Shown: in pieces, positions 29,621-40,273 of the stretch
Layout of the letters: every line of letters begins with the position of its first letter
Numbering within the stretch: the first letter of the stretch is position 1
Virus record (IMG/VR): IMGVR_UViG_3300037067_016725
Location: 51,508 to 115,507 of that record
Reading direction: 5' to 3' (one strand)
Source of the DNA: a virus
Taxonomy: Duplodnaviria; Caudoviricetes
DNA length: 64,000 nt
Program-made: the position numbers and the translations under genes
The notes under the pieces: generated by a model
Databases searched by the model: none
Seen by the model: the letters and a program-made list of their open reading frames with translations, nothing else
What the model was told of the DNA's origin: nothing

Positions 29621-32600
29621 ATGGCAGATTCTGTGCAGAAAAAGTTACAGGAATTAGGTGGGCTTAGGTTTAAGTCCGGTGCGGAGTTTGAGAAGGAGAT
29701 ACAGAGTAAGGTAACTCCCTCTGTAGCTCGTATGCTTGGAAACCTTGCAGACAATTACCCTAATGTCCCAGTAACCAAGATAGCTAGGATGTACTCGGCT
29801 TTTTGTGAGGAACGTGAGAAAGCTCTATCCTCGATGATGCAAATTGCTGAGGATCAGTTCTATGTCAAGACTCGACCTGAGTTCCTTTTCCAAATATTAG
29901 GGGATCTCCTATTTATTGAGGAGAAGGTAGGAAGCCTCGAGTATACCGATGCTACCTATAGGGATTTTCTGATTAAGGTCAAGAAGGCATACTTTGGTGG
30001 AAGCACCCTTGCCAATATCAACAAGTCCCTGTCTAGCATCTTGGGAGTACCCGTTGCTGTCAAGGAGATGTACCTAGATGCACGTAGGGTAGGTGCCTAC
30101 ACCTCTATCAAGGACACCCATAGGATGATAGCCAACATCCTTATGGGGGATGAAAATACAACCTTAGTGGGTACCGAGGTTAGCCTTTACATTAGGGACC
30201 TCTACTATTTTATTGATCTTATTCGTCCTTCTCACAGTTTGTTTGAAACAGACCTTATGTGGAAAGAGGGGTACTCCCTTTTGGGGTGTTCTTCAGAGGA
30301 CATTGCCCAGGATGAGAATGGCAATAGCTACATCTACGAGCTCACAGATCTGCCCAATTCTATATACTCCTTGTACCGACTTTTCATAGGAACCGAGGAG
30401 CAGTCCACAGGGTTCATATCCAGTGACTGGGTGGAGGGGACTATCGAGTTCATCGACCTAGACATAGGGGTTATTACCTTACAAGGAAACACTGAACTGG
30501 TGATCTCGGATTTGTCCGTATTTTACAAGTATCAGGAAGATGGAATACATAGAATAGAATGGGAGGATGCTGCTGTAGGTGACCACCTTTACTTTTTGGG
30601 TAATAAGGCAGAAGGAAGCTTTAACTTCCATGAGGGGGCAACTCCAAAAGCTGTTCTGGACAATTACTATGCCCAGTACAATCCCCTGGTGATTGCCAGC
30701 AGTTCCTTTCAGGCAAACGTCATTAGAAGACGAGATATTAATGGAAGGTCTCAGCAGGTAAAAGCTTGTACTGAAAACTTGATGGATGACACACAGGGGA
30801 CTGCCCTGCTTCCTTTATACGAGGACATGCGGGATAACTGTAACTACCCTTCTCCTCAGCCCTATGCTGAAAAAGTGGTCATACCTGAAGGCAACTACGT
30901 GGAGGATGGAGAAACCTTCATAAATATCTCGGCAACTATTTCTATATCTGAAGATGGGAACTATCTAAAAATCACCAATGTCCCGCTAGTTGACTCTGAG
31001 GGAAACCTAGCAACTAAGGATGATCTTGTTGTATATGTTGATGGGCATAAGGTAACCGGAGCAGTCAAAAGCATTGATCCATGGGAAGGGCTTGTAGCTC
31101 TTAACTTCACCCCTCTTACGGGCACTACCCTCCAGGTAAATTATTATTTCCAGAATGTCTACCCTAAGCTGATCAAGGTAGGAGGGTCGGGAGATTTTGT
31201 TTCTGGAGGAGTAGGAAATGATCTTCCTGCTCAGGTAAACATATCCGAGGCAGGTTCTCCTGTTGTTAGGTTTCAGTGGCCTTTCCGCCCTGTAAACTAT
31301 GAGCTATATGGGAACTCCATGTCGTACCAGATGAACCAGTACCCTATCCTGAATAGGGATGGTGATCTGGCTCAAGCAGAGGATGTGAAGGTATACCTCA
31401 ATGGTGTTGAGCTTCCTGGATCAGTTGTTTTTGTAAGGGCTCTACTGGGTCACATCCAGATAAATTTCATACCTCCGGTGGGTTCCTCTTTAGAGTTTGA
31501 ATACTATTACCAAAGCCAGAAAAGAACCTATGGGTTTATCCTAGATAGTGACCAGCACTTGTTAGACACTATCTATGGGTCTGAGTCCCCATATACTTTA
31601 GAGCTGGACCCTGAGCCTTTCAAGGGTCTGTATAATAATCTGGATCAGTTCCGCAAGCCAGCAGAGTACAGCTACAGATACAGGGCTTTTGATTCCTCGC
31701 AGACATCTGTGGTATCGGGTAAAGACACTGGAAAGTTGAACCAGTATAGCCGTCCAGGGGTAAGAGGCAGCTTCCAGGATTCTGGAAGTAAAACAAATCA
31801 GTTCAAGGTAGTCTTTAGTGGGGAATACCTCACAGATACCGATAAGTATGTGGAGTTGAACGATCAATACCTAGAAAATGGTCTGCCTGCTTTGACCGTC
31901 CTTAGGAAAGGGATTCCACCATTCTATAGGAGCTTTACAAGCGTGGCTCGTCATGTCTTTAGTGAATTGGTGGTAGACCCTGGCGCAGTAGATACCTCCG
32001 CTGGGTATAACTTACCCGCATCGATCAACGTGGATAATCTACCAGGTGGTGTAGTAGAATTCATACCCATAGATGACTACTTCAACCATAATCGCATAAA
32101 GATATACACGGGACTAAAAGAGGTAGTCTCTGTAGATGGGTATGAGGATATTGACCTTAACTCTATCTGTGAAGACAGGAATATGACCTTGCAGTTTGGG
32201 ATTGAGGAAGAGTACTACCCCAACAGGGAACTTCGCCTCAATGACTACAAGGACTATCTGCTTAGAAGGGAAAACCCTACTACCTTTGGTAGAATCACGG
32301 CTATAAACGGAGAGGTTTCTATCTCAGAAGGTGTTAATAACAACTTCATGGAATATGCCGTGGGGTCTGTGATCCACCTATCCACAGGAGGGGTAGATTA
32401 CTCCTATACAATAACCGATATAGTGAGCAAAAAGGATTCTCCTACTAACAAGGCTGTGGCATTCCTGGATAGGGCTTTTGAAGGGCCCTCTGGAAGCTAT
32501 GACATCACATTAGATCTGCCTGTATATGGTAGCCTTTATGCTATCAAGGGGTCAGACATAGTGAAGTCAGCTACTCCATCTGTAGACTGGGTGAACTGTC

Positions 32601-33403
32601 GTGTCGGGTCTATCGTTTCGATTACCTCTACCATCAATGGTACTCCGAGAACGGTTGAGTTTACCATAGTGGATACGATAAATCGCACCACGGCCAAGCT
32701 GGACAGACCTTTTGTATTCAGTACTGCAACCTCTAAGATTTTTGAATTCACATTAAGGTTCCCCTATATTCAGAAAGCGGATGTTCTATTGAACGAGGTG
32801 GTACGTAGAAAGAAGATAGACATCAATGAGCTAAAGCCCGGGTACGCCCCTGTGGGGACAGTATTTATCGAGACTAGGTTCAAAGACCCTGATCCGGACC
32901 CTTATCCACGTAACAGAAGTAACTTTAACTACCCAACCCCAACCCCTCCCTTGCTTACCAGCGAGATACACAATGGACCTGGCGAAGAGGGGGAATCAGG
33001 AGAAAGGGATCTTCTTCTAGAAGAGGCTGTGGCAGATAAGATGGTCAAGTTCCGTAACTGGGACCAGGACATGATTGTCATGACCCCAGGTACCTACATG
33101 GATGCTTTTGAAGAACCCATGGATGACCTTTCAGATGGAAGTTTGATGTACTTCTGGTCTTTAGCAGAATCCCGAGTGGTAACCTTTTCCTTTAGGGGGA
33201 CAGTTCTTATCACAAAGGAATCCTTGGGATCAGTACCCATAAGCCAGTACCCCAACGGGTTGATACAGGTAGAATCTGAAGTGGACACCACGGAAGTGTT
33301 TGACCCAGTAATGAACCTGAAAAGGACAGAAGTGCGTCAGATCCTCCCCGATAACTCGGTAGAGCTGGTGTCCTTCTATGAGCTGGTCAGGATAATCTCC
33401 TAA
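29621..33403 (+). CDS. Large baseplate wedge protein (gpI/gp7-like N-terminus) with internal repeats
   Basis: EFLFQILGDLLF...TDATYRDFLIKVKKAYFGGST...IDLIRPSH resembles P2 gpI-like wedge domain; two pairs of internal repeats. Confidence 0.6.
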   Translation: MADSVQKKLQELGGLRFKSGAEFEKEIQSKVTPSVARMLGNLADNYPNVPVTKIARMYSAFCEEREKALSSMMQIAEDQFYVKTRPEFLFQILGDLLFIEEKVGSLEYTDATYRDFLIKVKKAYFGGSTLANINKSLSSILGVPVAVKEMYLDARRVGAYTSIKDTHRMIANILMGDENTTLVGTEVSLYIRDLYYFIDLIRPSHSLFETDLMWKEGYSLLGCSSEDIAQDENGNSYIYELTDLPNSIYSLYRLFIGTEEQSTGFISSDWVEGTIEFIDLDIGVITLQGNTELVISDLSVFYKYQEDGIHRIEWEDAAVGDHLYFLGNKAEGSFNFHEGATPKAVLDNYYAQYNPLVIASSSFQANVIRRRDINGRSQQVKACTENLMDDTQGTALLPLYEDMRDNCNYPSPQPYAEKVVIPEGNYVEDGETFINISATISISEDGNYLKITNVPLVDSEGNLATKDDLVVYVDGHKVTGAVKSIDPWEGLVALNFTPLTGTTLQVNYYFQNVYPKLIKVGGSGDFVSGGVGNDLPAQVNISEAGSPVVRFQWPFRPVNYELYGNSMSYQMNQYPILNRDGDLAQAEDVKVYLNGVELPGSVVFVRALLGHIQINFIPPVGSSLEFEYYYQSQKRTYGFILDSDQHLLDTIYGSESPYTLELDPEPFKGLYNNLDQFRKPAEYSYRYRAFDSSQTSVVSGKDTGKLNQYSRPGVRGSFQDSGSKTNQFKVVFSGEYLTDTDKYVELNDQYLENGLPALTVLRKGIPPFYRSFTSVARHVFSELVVDPGAVDTSAGYNLPASINVDNLPGGVVEFIPIDDYFNHNRIKIYTGLKEVVSVDGYEDIDLNSICEDRNMTLQFGIEEEYYPNRELRLNDYKDYLLRRENPTTFGRITAINGEVSISEGVNNNFMEYAVGSVIHLSTGGVDYSYTITDIVSKKDSPTNKAVAFLDRAFEGPSGSYDITLDLPVYGSLYAIKGSDIVKSATPSVDWVNCRVGSIVSITSTINGTPRTVEFTIVDTINRTTAKLDRPFVFSTATSKIFEFTLRFPYIQKADVLLNEVVRRKKIDINELKPGYAPVGTVFIETRFKDPDPDPYPRNRSNFNYPTPTPPLLTSEIHNGPGEEGESGERDLLLEEAVADKMVKFRNWDQDMIVMTPGTYMDAFEEPMDDLSDGSLMYFWSLAESRVVTFSFRGTVLITKESLGSVPISQYPNGLIQVESEVDTTEVFDPVMNLKRTEVRQILPDNSVELVSFYELVRIIS

Positions 33404-33426
33404 TCGTTGGCCTCCTATTATAAGGG

Positions 33427-33458
33427 CTCCCATAGGCCAGTATTTTGGCCTATGGGGG
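33427..33458 (+). promoter_or_regulatory. Intergenic hairpin without U-tract (processing/stability or pause element)
   Basis: CTCCCATAGGCCA-gtattt-TGGCCTATGGGGG, 13-bp stem. Confidence 0.45.
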
Positions 33459-33486
33459 TAACTATAACACATAGGAAGGATTAGCC

Positions 33487-34062
33487 ATGTCCAAGGTCAA
33501 AGAAGTTTTAAGAAACATCAAAAAGCTTAGTAGCCGCTTGCTCATGTCTCTTCGACACACAGAAGAGGCGTTTCACACGATGAAAGGGCAGATTTTCATT
33601 AAGGATTCCGAAGGGAATTTGCTATGGGAGTCCCCAAATGTGATAGTCAACACGGCCTCTATCCTTGTTGCTCGTCTCTTGAAGGACTCCAAAGAACCCT
33701 CCCATGGTATTTTTTGTTTGGCAGTAGGTACGGGCTTGCCCACCTGGGACCTTCAGGATCCTCCTGCCCCCACTACCAGTCAGGTTCAGTTGGAAAATGA
33801 GCTTTATCGCAAGGCTATAACCACATCAGTGTTTATTGATCCCACTACGGGAGAAGCCACCCAGGAATTTACAAATATTGTAGACTACTCATTCAACTTT
33901 GCAGAAAGTGAAGCGGTAGGGACACTGGTGGAGTTGGGTCTCTTTGGAGGGGATGCCACGGATGCCCTGAATACAGGAACCATGGTTAACTACAGGACTT
34001 TCCCTGTCCTGAATAAGACTAACTCAATGGCTTTTGTAATCATCGTTCGAATCACAACCTAA
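33487..34062 (+). CDS. Tail fibre attachment/collar-domain protein
   Basis: NVIVNTA..., LAVGTG...PTTSQVQLENELYRK, EAVGTLVELGLFG are typical of phage tail-collar/fibre N-terminal domains. Confidence 0.7.
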   Translation: MSKVKEVLRNIKKLSSRLLMSLRHTEEAFHTMKGQIFIKDSEGNLLWESPNVIVNTASILVARLLKDSKEPSHGIFCLAVGTGLPTWDLQDPPAPTTSQVQLENELYRKAITTSVFIDPTTGEATQEFTNIVDYSFNFAESEAVGTLVELGLFGGDATDALNTGTMVNYRTFPVLNKTNSMAFVIIVRITT

Positions 34063-34078
34063 TCAATCAGGGGGTCCT

Positions 34079-35080
34079 TTGAGTCGGATAGTAAAAAAAG
34101 CCTCCGAAAAGAAGGCCGAATTGATTGGTAAAGTTGACCTAGACGATCAGGTTTATACCATAGCTGCGGATGGGAACCTAGCCTTAGGGTTAATCAATGG
34201 TTATCGTGTTGTTGACGCCAATCTGTATGAAAACCCTATTCCCCTTATAGTCCCGGTCATGGCCGGGCTAATCGCCAAGGCTTATAGGGATTCTTGGGTA
34301 GAGGGCAATAGCGTCTCAGTATACAAAGGGGATTGGGACTCCTTAGGTAAATATCCTTCAGAAGAATATCTAGATGCTTTCCTTAAGGAACTTTCCCATT
34401 TAATAGGAAAGGCAAATATCCTGGTTAAAGAAGGGCCTAGTGACCAGCAAGAATGTATAGGTAATCCTCAGGTCAGTGCAGATAGCCAGCAGATAAACAC
34501 GAATCTAGCCAACTATGGAAAGCAGCTGGAAGAAGTATTGAACGCTGTAGAAGTACTGATGGATAAGACCCAAGCTATTCTAAGGGTAAAGCTGATAGGG
34601 ACCATGTGGGGCATCTCTGACGTACAGAAGGAACTTGAACCTGTTCGGATTTATTTCCCTACAATGGATAAAACTTTCAATAGTATTGGACAAGGGGTGA
34701 CTCTCACTACTCGTGCCATCAACAGGGTCCTTTACAGGATCAACATGGGCAAGCTTTCCATGGATGACAAAAGGTATATAGGAAGTGTGCTTGTCCCTGA
34801 TATAACAAACTCTTTTGAGAGTATAAGGAAGCAAGTATCCTTTTTACTTAAGACCTTGGCCCCTTTATACAAGCTGGAAAGAATGTTCCGCACTTACACG
34901 GGAAATCCTGTAAGCTGGTCAATTCCAAATAACCTTATAACAGAATTTAAGGATTCCTTCGCGGTGCTGGTCGATTTCTTGGCAGATGTTCCTGTCATAG
35001 AGCTAAGCACTATGGAGCCCCTGGAAGTCGTTCAATCGTCTTTCATGAAAACTCTATCAGAAGGTCCTAGGAGTAACTAA
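34079..35080 (+). CDS. Hypothetical protein
   Basis: 333-aa helical ORF (TTG start), coupled to the next gene. Confidence 0.55.
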   Translation: MSRIVKKASEKKAELIGKVDLDDQVYTIAADGNLALGLINGYRVVDANLYENPIPLIVPVMAGLIAKAYRDSWVEGNSVSVYKGDWDSLGKYPSEEYLDAFLKELSHLIGKANILVKEGPSDQQECIGNPQVSADSQQINTNLANYGKQLEEVLNAVEVLMDKTQAILRVKLIGTMWGISDVQKELEPVRIYFPTMDKTFNSIGQGVTLTTRAINRVLYRINMGKLSMDDKRYIGSVLVPDITNSFESIRKQVSFLLKTLAPLYKLERMFRTYTGNPVSWSIPNNLITEFKDSFAVLVDFLADVPVIELSTMEPLEVVQSSFMKTLSEGPRSN

Positions 35081-38000
35081 TGTCGGATACCTATGATACC
35101 ACAGGACTGGACTTCCAAAGCTTAACCTACGAGGACTGCTCTTGGGATGTATCCTTTATATTGAAACATCGCCCGGGGCTGTCTACTGACATTACCTTGC
35201 CTGGACAGATGGCTTCTTACAGAGGTCAACAGGATTTGAAGGCAAAGACTGCCTCAGGGTTTTTTGATGTTGGGGCCATTAGACAAGTCCCTGATATTAG
35301 TGCTGCTCTTGCAGCCTCTCCCTTATCAGGCACTATCCTTACCAGCGAATCTATAGGTACTGACCTTTCCCTTTACATGGCTTCTAGAGATAATGGCTGC
35401 TGGGCTGTGGTCAATGGTTGGCTGATCAATGTGTCATCTACTGGGGCATCTACAGACACTAAGCATAATCTGATCACTTTGGCAAACATGGAGCAAACAG
35501 CTCCAATCCCAGGTACAAATGCCTTTGTTTTCTTAGAAGTTTGGAGAAGTGTTGTAACAGGACTGGACAACGAGGTTATCAAGAAATATGGTAACCAAGG
35601 AACCCTTCTTACCGTCCCTAATGATATCTACCATGATGCCAACAAGATGGAGACTGCCCGCAGGGTGCAGGTCCAGTATCGGATCAGGACAGAGTGGGTG
35701 AATGTAAATCCCCACCAAGGAAACATGGACTGCTTCAATAACGCCATAAAGGCATGGGGAGCATCTAATAGCGGGACAACTCTTACTTACTCAAGTATGG
35801 CTTCTGTGGGCGACGCAGGACTTTACCGTGCAGGAAGAGGTAACGAAGCGGACAAGATTAATTTAGGGACAGTCGATGGGTACAGCTATGCTATTCCCAT
35901 GTTCTTTGTGACTTTGAGAGAAGAAAGCAACTATGACCCAACCGTTTATTCCTCTTGGAAAAGTTCTAGGGCTATTTCCAGTGGAAACTCTTTAAGGCCT
36001 GATGGTAAATATGCAGGAGTGGTGTATTCCTCGGACATAGTGGACTTACGCCATCAGGTAGTTCTGGGTAAGGAGAATCTGAAAGAGACTCTTAATGATA
36101 CTTTCATGGGGATTGCTACAGGTAAAGCGTCTACTACCCAGGGAAGGGTTACGGACGTGGAAGGAAGCCTTACATCCCTGGATGGGGCAGTTACCTTAAA
36201 AGCGGACAAAGTAGCTAGCAGTTCTGCTAGTGGAGGGGACAGCATATGCCTGATGGGAACCCTCAAGAATGAAGTTGCCCGGAGATCCTTTATCCCAGGA
36301 AAGTCTTTTCAGCAGGATACAGTTACTAAGCTGACATGGATTAGCTCCATGGCTAAACTAGACTTTTCAGGGTATAATAGTACTTCCGTCAGTATTCGAA
36401 ATTCAGGTGTAACTGGAAGCACTTTTACTAGCTCTCCTTACTTTTCCATATACGATGATAATGGGTTAGTGGATCCTACAAAGTATACACTAACCAAGGT
36501 TACATCTTCTTGGGTAGCCACTACTGCACCCACTTCCTATTATCTTCTTACTCTTGTTTCAGGTACTCTGACCGGAAGCTCTTACTTCAAGTGTGATTTG
36601 GAATGGGATGCTAAAGGAGACTCGGGTTTTTCAGATGTTCCTACAGAGATGCTGGAGCAGCGTTTTGATGATACCTACAGGGTCCATGTAAACTCTGTAT
36701 ACGGGAATCCTGTAATGCTGTATGGAAGGGATACAGGCGGGACAACCTACCTAAGCACTAACGACCGAATAGAGACGTTGAGTGTGTCCTATAAAGATGT
36801 TTCTTCCTTTGGACAGGTGTTGTTCCTGCACAGGACCGCGGTCAGTGGGGAGTGCTATATATACCTAGAAGAAGGTATGCGCTTACCTGGTACAAACCAA
36901 ATTGTTTTGGGTGTACGCTCAGTACGAAGGTACGATACGGAGCTGGAGGATTTCTCAGGTACATACTCCAATGTGAGCTTTAACATCTATGACAGTGCCG
37001 ACGATGTGGATGGCTACCGCATCAGGGTGTATGGCCTAAGCACCGCATCCTCTACGGAAACAAACGATTTAGAGATAAGCTTCTATCTGGGCACCAAGTA
37101 CTCCTTGTTTGACAGGGAGTCTAATGGTGTTACGGAAACTTATGAGACCCTAGGGCTGCCTGTAACCCAGGTAGGGACAAGCACCTCTTACTCTTTTACA
37201 ACAGATGACGGGACAAGCAATAACTTAGGGGATATTACAGGAGTTTGCTCTGTGCTCTATGGCAGTGTTTCTTCTCCTGTTGCTACTCCTTATCTCCTTA
37301 CTAAGGCTCCTGTTAGTGGGGGTGTTATTTCTCCATGGCAGAAGCAAGATAGCGTTAAGCTAGCCTCCATCATTCCTTCCCTATATCCAATGGTTCTAGG
37401 GACTAGCCAATCTAAGTGTTCTCCAGTAAAGGTTACCTGGGATAACACTGAGATTATTGGAACTACTAGCTACTCCATTAAGGTACTCACCCACAAGCAT
37501 TCCTGGTATAAGGTTGGAGCACTTTCGGGAGAGATACTTTACCCCGTTTATAACACTACAGGTTATCAGGGTATGAATTTCACTTCACCTCTTGTAGGCG
37601 ACATCCTAGTGGAAGGTGACGCCTTTATCACCACACGAGGAACAGGCAGCTCTTTCTTAGAGAAAAAGGTCTTCTCAGGAGCTTCCCTATCTGTTTCCTC
37701 TACGGGGGTGTGGGATTTTACCTTTGCTGAAGGTGTATTCACACATGGAGAAATAACAAGTGGTGACTACATCTGCATAACCTCCCCTTCTGGGGACGAT
37801 TACTCTAACAGGCTAGACGATGGCCTTACCTCGATGTTCAAGGTATCCTATGTGGAAGCTCTTGGCAGTACGGGGACTAGGGTAGTTTTTGAAAATCCTT
37901 CCTCATTGCCGGCATCTCCTCCAGGTTCAGGGGTAGGTGGCTATATTGTGAAAATGGATACCCCTGCGGATGGGATGTACGGAATAATTGCCCGTATGCC

Positions 38001-38451
38001 AAGGGTAGCAGGCCCTGACGCCTATCTCTACGATTCGGGATCTTTGGATGCCTATGGTAGCACAACTATCGTTACACCTCCAAAGGCTTATGGAAAGAAC
38101 AACAGGATGGCACAGAAGGGTGGAGTCACTGTAGGGTCTGTAGGAAGCAACACTAAGAGAGGGTATTACAACCTCACTATCAAAACTGAAGATTTTGTAT
38201 CTGGTGGTGAGAATATCCTTTCAGAAGTGTGTACCAAGTACCCTGGGTGTGTGACCCTTACCGGCACCCCCTACAAGGTTTTACAGCCTTATCTATTTAA
38301 GGAGTCCCAGACTGGTCGTCTTTACCTGGTTGTCGTGGCGTCTAGCTACACATCAGGTAGCTTACTCGCTCAGACAAGCCCTTATCTAGGGGTAGATGTT
38401 GTAGATGCCTTTGAGCTAAAAGGAAGACCCCTGCTGAGAGGGGATAACTAA
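35080..38451 (+). CDS. Tail/baseplate protein, paralog of 25409..29608 lacking the propeller
   Basis: AVVNGW, FLEVWR, ETARRVQVQYRIR, TVDGYSYAIPMFFV, RPDG..DIVDLR and C-terminal GRLYLVVVA...GRPLL align with the 25409 protein. Confidence 0.7.
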   Translation: MSDTYDTTGLDFQSLTYEDCSWDVSFILKHRPGLSTDITLPGQMASYRGQQDLKAKTASGFFDVGAIRQVPDISAALAASPLSGTILTSESIGTDLSLYMASRDNGCWAVVNGWLINVSSTGASTDTKHNLITLANMEQTAPIPGTNAFVFLEVWRSVVTGLDNEVIKKYGNQGTLLTVPNDIYHDANKMETARRVQVQYRIRTEWVNVNPHQGNMDCFNNAIKAWGASNSGTTLTYSSMASVGDAGLYRAGRGNEADKINLGTVDGYSYAIPMFFVTLREESNYDPTVYSSWKSSRAISSGNSLRPDGKYAGVVYSSDIVDLRHQVVLGKENLKETLNDTFMGIATGKASTTQGRVTDVEGSLTSLDGAVTLKADKVASSSASGGDSICLMGTLKNEVARRSFIPGKSFQQDTVTKLTWISSMAKLDFSGYNSTSVSIRNSGVTGSTFTSSPYFSIYDDNGLVDPTKYTLTKVTSSWVATTAPTSYYLLTLVSGTLTGSSYFKCDLEWDAKGDSGFSDVPTEMLEQRFDDTYRVHVNSVYGNPVMLYGRDTGGTTYLSTNDRIETLSVSYKDVSSFGQVLFLHRTAVSGECYIYLEEGMRLPGTNQIVLGVRSVRRYDTELEDFSGTYSNVSFNIYDSADDVDGYRIRVYGLSTASSTETNDLEISFYLGTKYSLFDRESNGVTETYETLGLPVTQVGTSTSYSFTTDDGTSNNLGDITGVCSVLYGSVSSPVATPYLLTKAPVSGGVISPWQKQDSVKLASIIPSLYPMVLGTSQSKCSPVKVTWDNTEIIGTTSYSIKVLTHKHSWYKVGALSGEILYPVYNTTGYQGMNFTSPLVGDILVEGDAFITTRGTGSSFLEKKVFSGASLSVSSTGVWDFTFAEGVFTHGEITSGDYICITSPSGDDYSNRLDDGLTSMFKVSYVEALGSTGTRVVFENPSSLPASPPGSGVGGYIVKMDTPADGMYGIIARMPRVAGPDAYLYDSGSLDAYGSTTIVTPPKAYGKNNRMAQKGGVTVGSVGSNTKRGYYNLTIKTEDFVSGGENILSEVCTKYPGCVTLTGTPYKVLQPYLFKESQTGRLYLVVVASSYTSGSLLAQTSPYLGVDVVDAFELKGRPLLRGDN

Positions 38452-39281
38452 TGAGCCTCTTTGAGGGACTTACCTTCGAGCAGAAACTGATTCTAATAGC
38501 AGAAATGCTGTTAGCAGTTTCTGTCCTTATTGTTGTTATCAATTACTTCTTTGGAAAAAAGAAACTAAACCTGAAACTGTCCAAGGGTCAGGTCTCTTAT
38601 TCCCAGGAAGCACCCCTGACTCAGGAAGCTCTTAAGGATACCTCTACGGGGGTATTCTTTTTCACCCTAGAAACAGTAGCAATGATGACTCAGATTAAGA
38701 CCAAGCTGATATTACATGATCAGATGACTTATCTTGAGGAACGATTGCTGTTCATAAAGAACTCAGTTCTAGACTCTTATCGAAGAGTCTATAGAGAGAA
38801 AGGCCCTATAAAGGATATAGATGATTTTTCAGCTAAAGAATATACCCTCTATAAGAGTCTCGTGGAGTTGATGAAGGAAGATCTTAAGAGTAACATAAGG
38901 GTTCTTTTTATGAGGAACCATTTTGCTTCATATGACGATAAAGAGCTGTCTATCTACCTTCAAGAGAAAGGGTCCTGGCTGATCACTAAGATGACAGATT
39001 TCCTTAGGGATTTGTATCCTTCGGAAAAGATGACAATACCTTTCTCGGACATTGAAAAATCTATTGGTTTTTGCAGGAAGGAGATAGAAGAATACCTTCT
39101 CTCTATCTTTAAGAGGGCAGCTCAGATTTACAATGACAGGCATTCCCAGATAGTTTCTCTGGAAACAGGGTTACGGGACAAGATAAAAGAAACATATGGA
39201 ATAGATATTGATGACCGAGGAATAAGGTCATTCTCAAAAATTTTGAAGGAAGGGGAACCAAACTATGAACGCCGGTCCTGA
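38451..39281 (+). CDS. Single-pass membrane protein (holin-like candidate)
   Basis: One N-terminal hydrophobic helix (LILIAEMLLAVSVLIVVINYFF) then KKK and a soluble helical domain; end of structural operon; holin role is a guess. Confidence 0.4.
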   Translation: MSLFEGLTFEQKLILIAEMLLAVSVLIVVINYFFGKKKLNLKLSKGQVSYSQEAPLTQEALKDTSTGVFFFTLETVAMMTQIKTKLILHDQMTYLEERLLFIKNSVLDSYRRVYREKGPIKDIDDFSAKEYTLYKSLVELMKEDLKSNIRVLFMRNHFASYDDKELSIYLQEKGSWLITKMTDFLRDLYPSEKMTIPFSDIEKSIGFCRKEIEEYLLSIFKRAAQIYNDRHSQIVSLETGLRDKIKETYGIDIDDRGIRSFSKILKEGEPNYERRS

Positions 39282-40197
39282 ATCTAAGAATGTTTTGACA
39301 GAGATGCCTAGCAGTACTGATAACAATGCCTATGCTATTGTATACTTGACTGCTAAGCATGGGACAAGCAATACCACTGCCTTTGACTACGGCAAGGGTA
39401 TGGAAATGACTGCCACCGCAGAGGATCTACTGAAAGGTTCTTTCTCTAAGAAAGGTGATAACATGCAGTGGGAAGCCCTCTTCTGGAAATTTGCTATAGG
39501 TGGGATAACCTGCCTGGTAAAAATCTTGATAGACAGCAAAACTCGAAAAGCGGGTGCCACTACCTTTATCTTACCCAAGGAACCTGTTAAATTTCCGAAT
39601 GGGGGAGTCCTCGATAGCAAGTACTTGGAAAAGCTTCCCTCTTACCCGTTCAACAACAATGGTCTTCGTCCTTTTGACGAGCTGGAGAGAGATGGCCAGC
39701 TCGCTATTATTGATGTATCCGACAACAATGGGGTGGATACTAAATCCAAGGAAGTCCAGGAGCATATGATGGTCTCGGATGGGGTTTCTGGGTTTATGGA
39801 TGGGGAAGGAGCCGACTTTGGGAAGTACCCTAACGTAAGGTATCTCGGGGTGAATGACCTACTTACCCGCCCGGATGGGATGGCAGATATGGCTGCCTCT
39901 AAAAAGGTATCCGAGATTCTCAAAAATGCGACTAAGGAGGCCCCAGCCACTCCAGCCACAGCCCCTACGCCGGCTCCCGAAGAAGATAAGGACAAAAGGT
40001 TTGCAGCTGGGATGGCCTTAACGGATTTGGAGGACACTGACAGTGCTCTGTCCAAGATCAAGACTAACCTGGAAAAGATAGAGCCCACAGCCGTCAAGTT
40101 ATTTGGAGAGGCTTCTAGCAAGACAGCTTCCTTACATAAGGTTGTAATGGACTTTTATGTCAAGAAAGCCAGTACTTTAACGAAAAAATTGCCTTAA
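39265..40197 (+). CDS. Hypothetical protein
   Basis: 310-aa ORF with PAT linker and helical C-terminal segment. Confidence 0.6.
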   Translation: MNAGPESKNVLTEMPSSTDNNAYAIVYLTAKHGTSNTTAFDYGKGMEMTATAEDLLKGSFSKKGDNMQWEALFWKFAIGGITCLVKILIDSKTRKAGATTFILPKEPVKFPNGGVLDSKYLEKLPSYPFNNNGLRPFDELERDGQLAIIDVSDNNGVDTKSKEVQEHMMVSDGVSGFMDGEGADFGKYPNVRYLGVNDLLTRPDGMADMAASKKVSEILKNATKEAPATPATAPTPAPEEDKDKRFAAGMALTDLEDTDSALSKIKTNLEKIEPTAVKLFGEASSKTASLHKVVMDFYVKKASTLTKKLP

Positions 40198-40221
40198 AAA
40201 ATAAAGACTCATTGCGTATTT
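40194..40221 (+). promoter_or_regulatory. Putative promoter TTAAAA-N16-GTAWWT
   Basis: TTAAAA 40194-99, GTATTT 40216-21; same spacing recurs upstream of several other genes. Confidence 0.55.
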
Positions 40222-40227
40222 CTATAT

Positions 40228-40259
40228 GCCTCTTCCTCTCCTAGGGGGAGAGGCTTTTT
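40228..40259 (+). terminator. Rho-independent terminator-like hairpin
   Basis: GCCTCTTCCTC-loop-GGGGGAGAGGC followed by T5, at the end of the structural operon. Confidence 0.6.
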
Positions 40260-40273
40260 AATGAAGGTATCGT

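Noticed and set aside
33457-33468. GGTAACTATAAC resembling part of the 23S rRNA I-CeuI site
   Set aside because: Short match only, with no flanking rRNA sequence
1-40197. Extracellular contractile injection system or T6SS locus
   Set aside because: Contiguous with phage-type replication genes, tRNAs and an HNH endonuclease; no T6SS membrane complex or host housekeeping genes are visible
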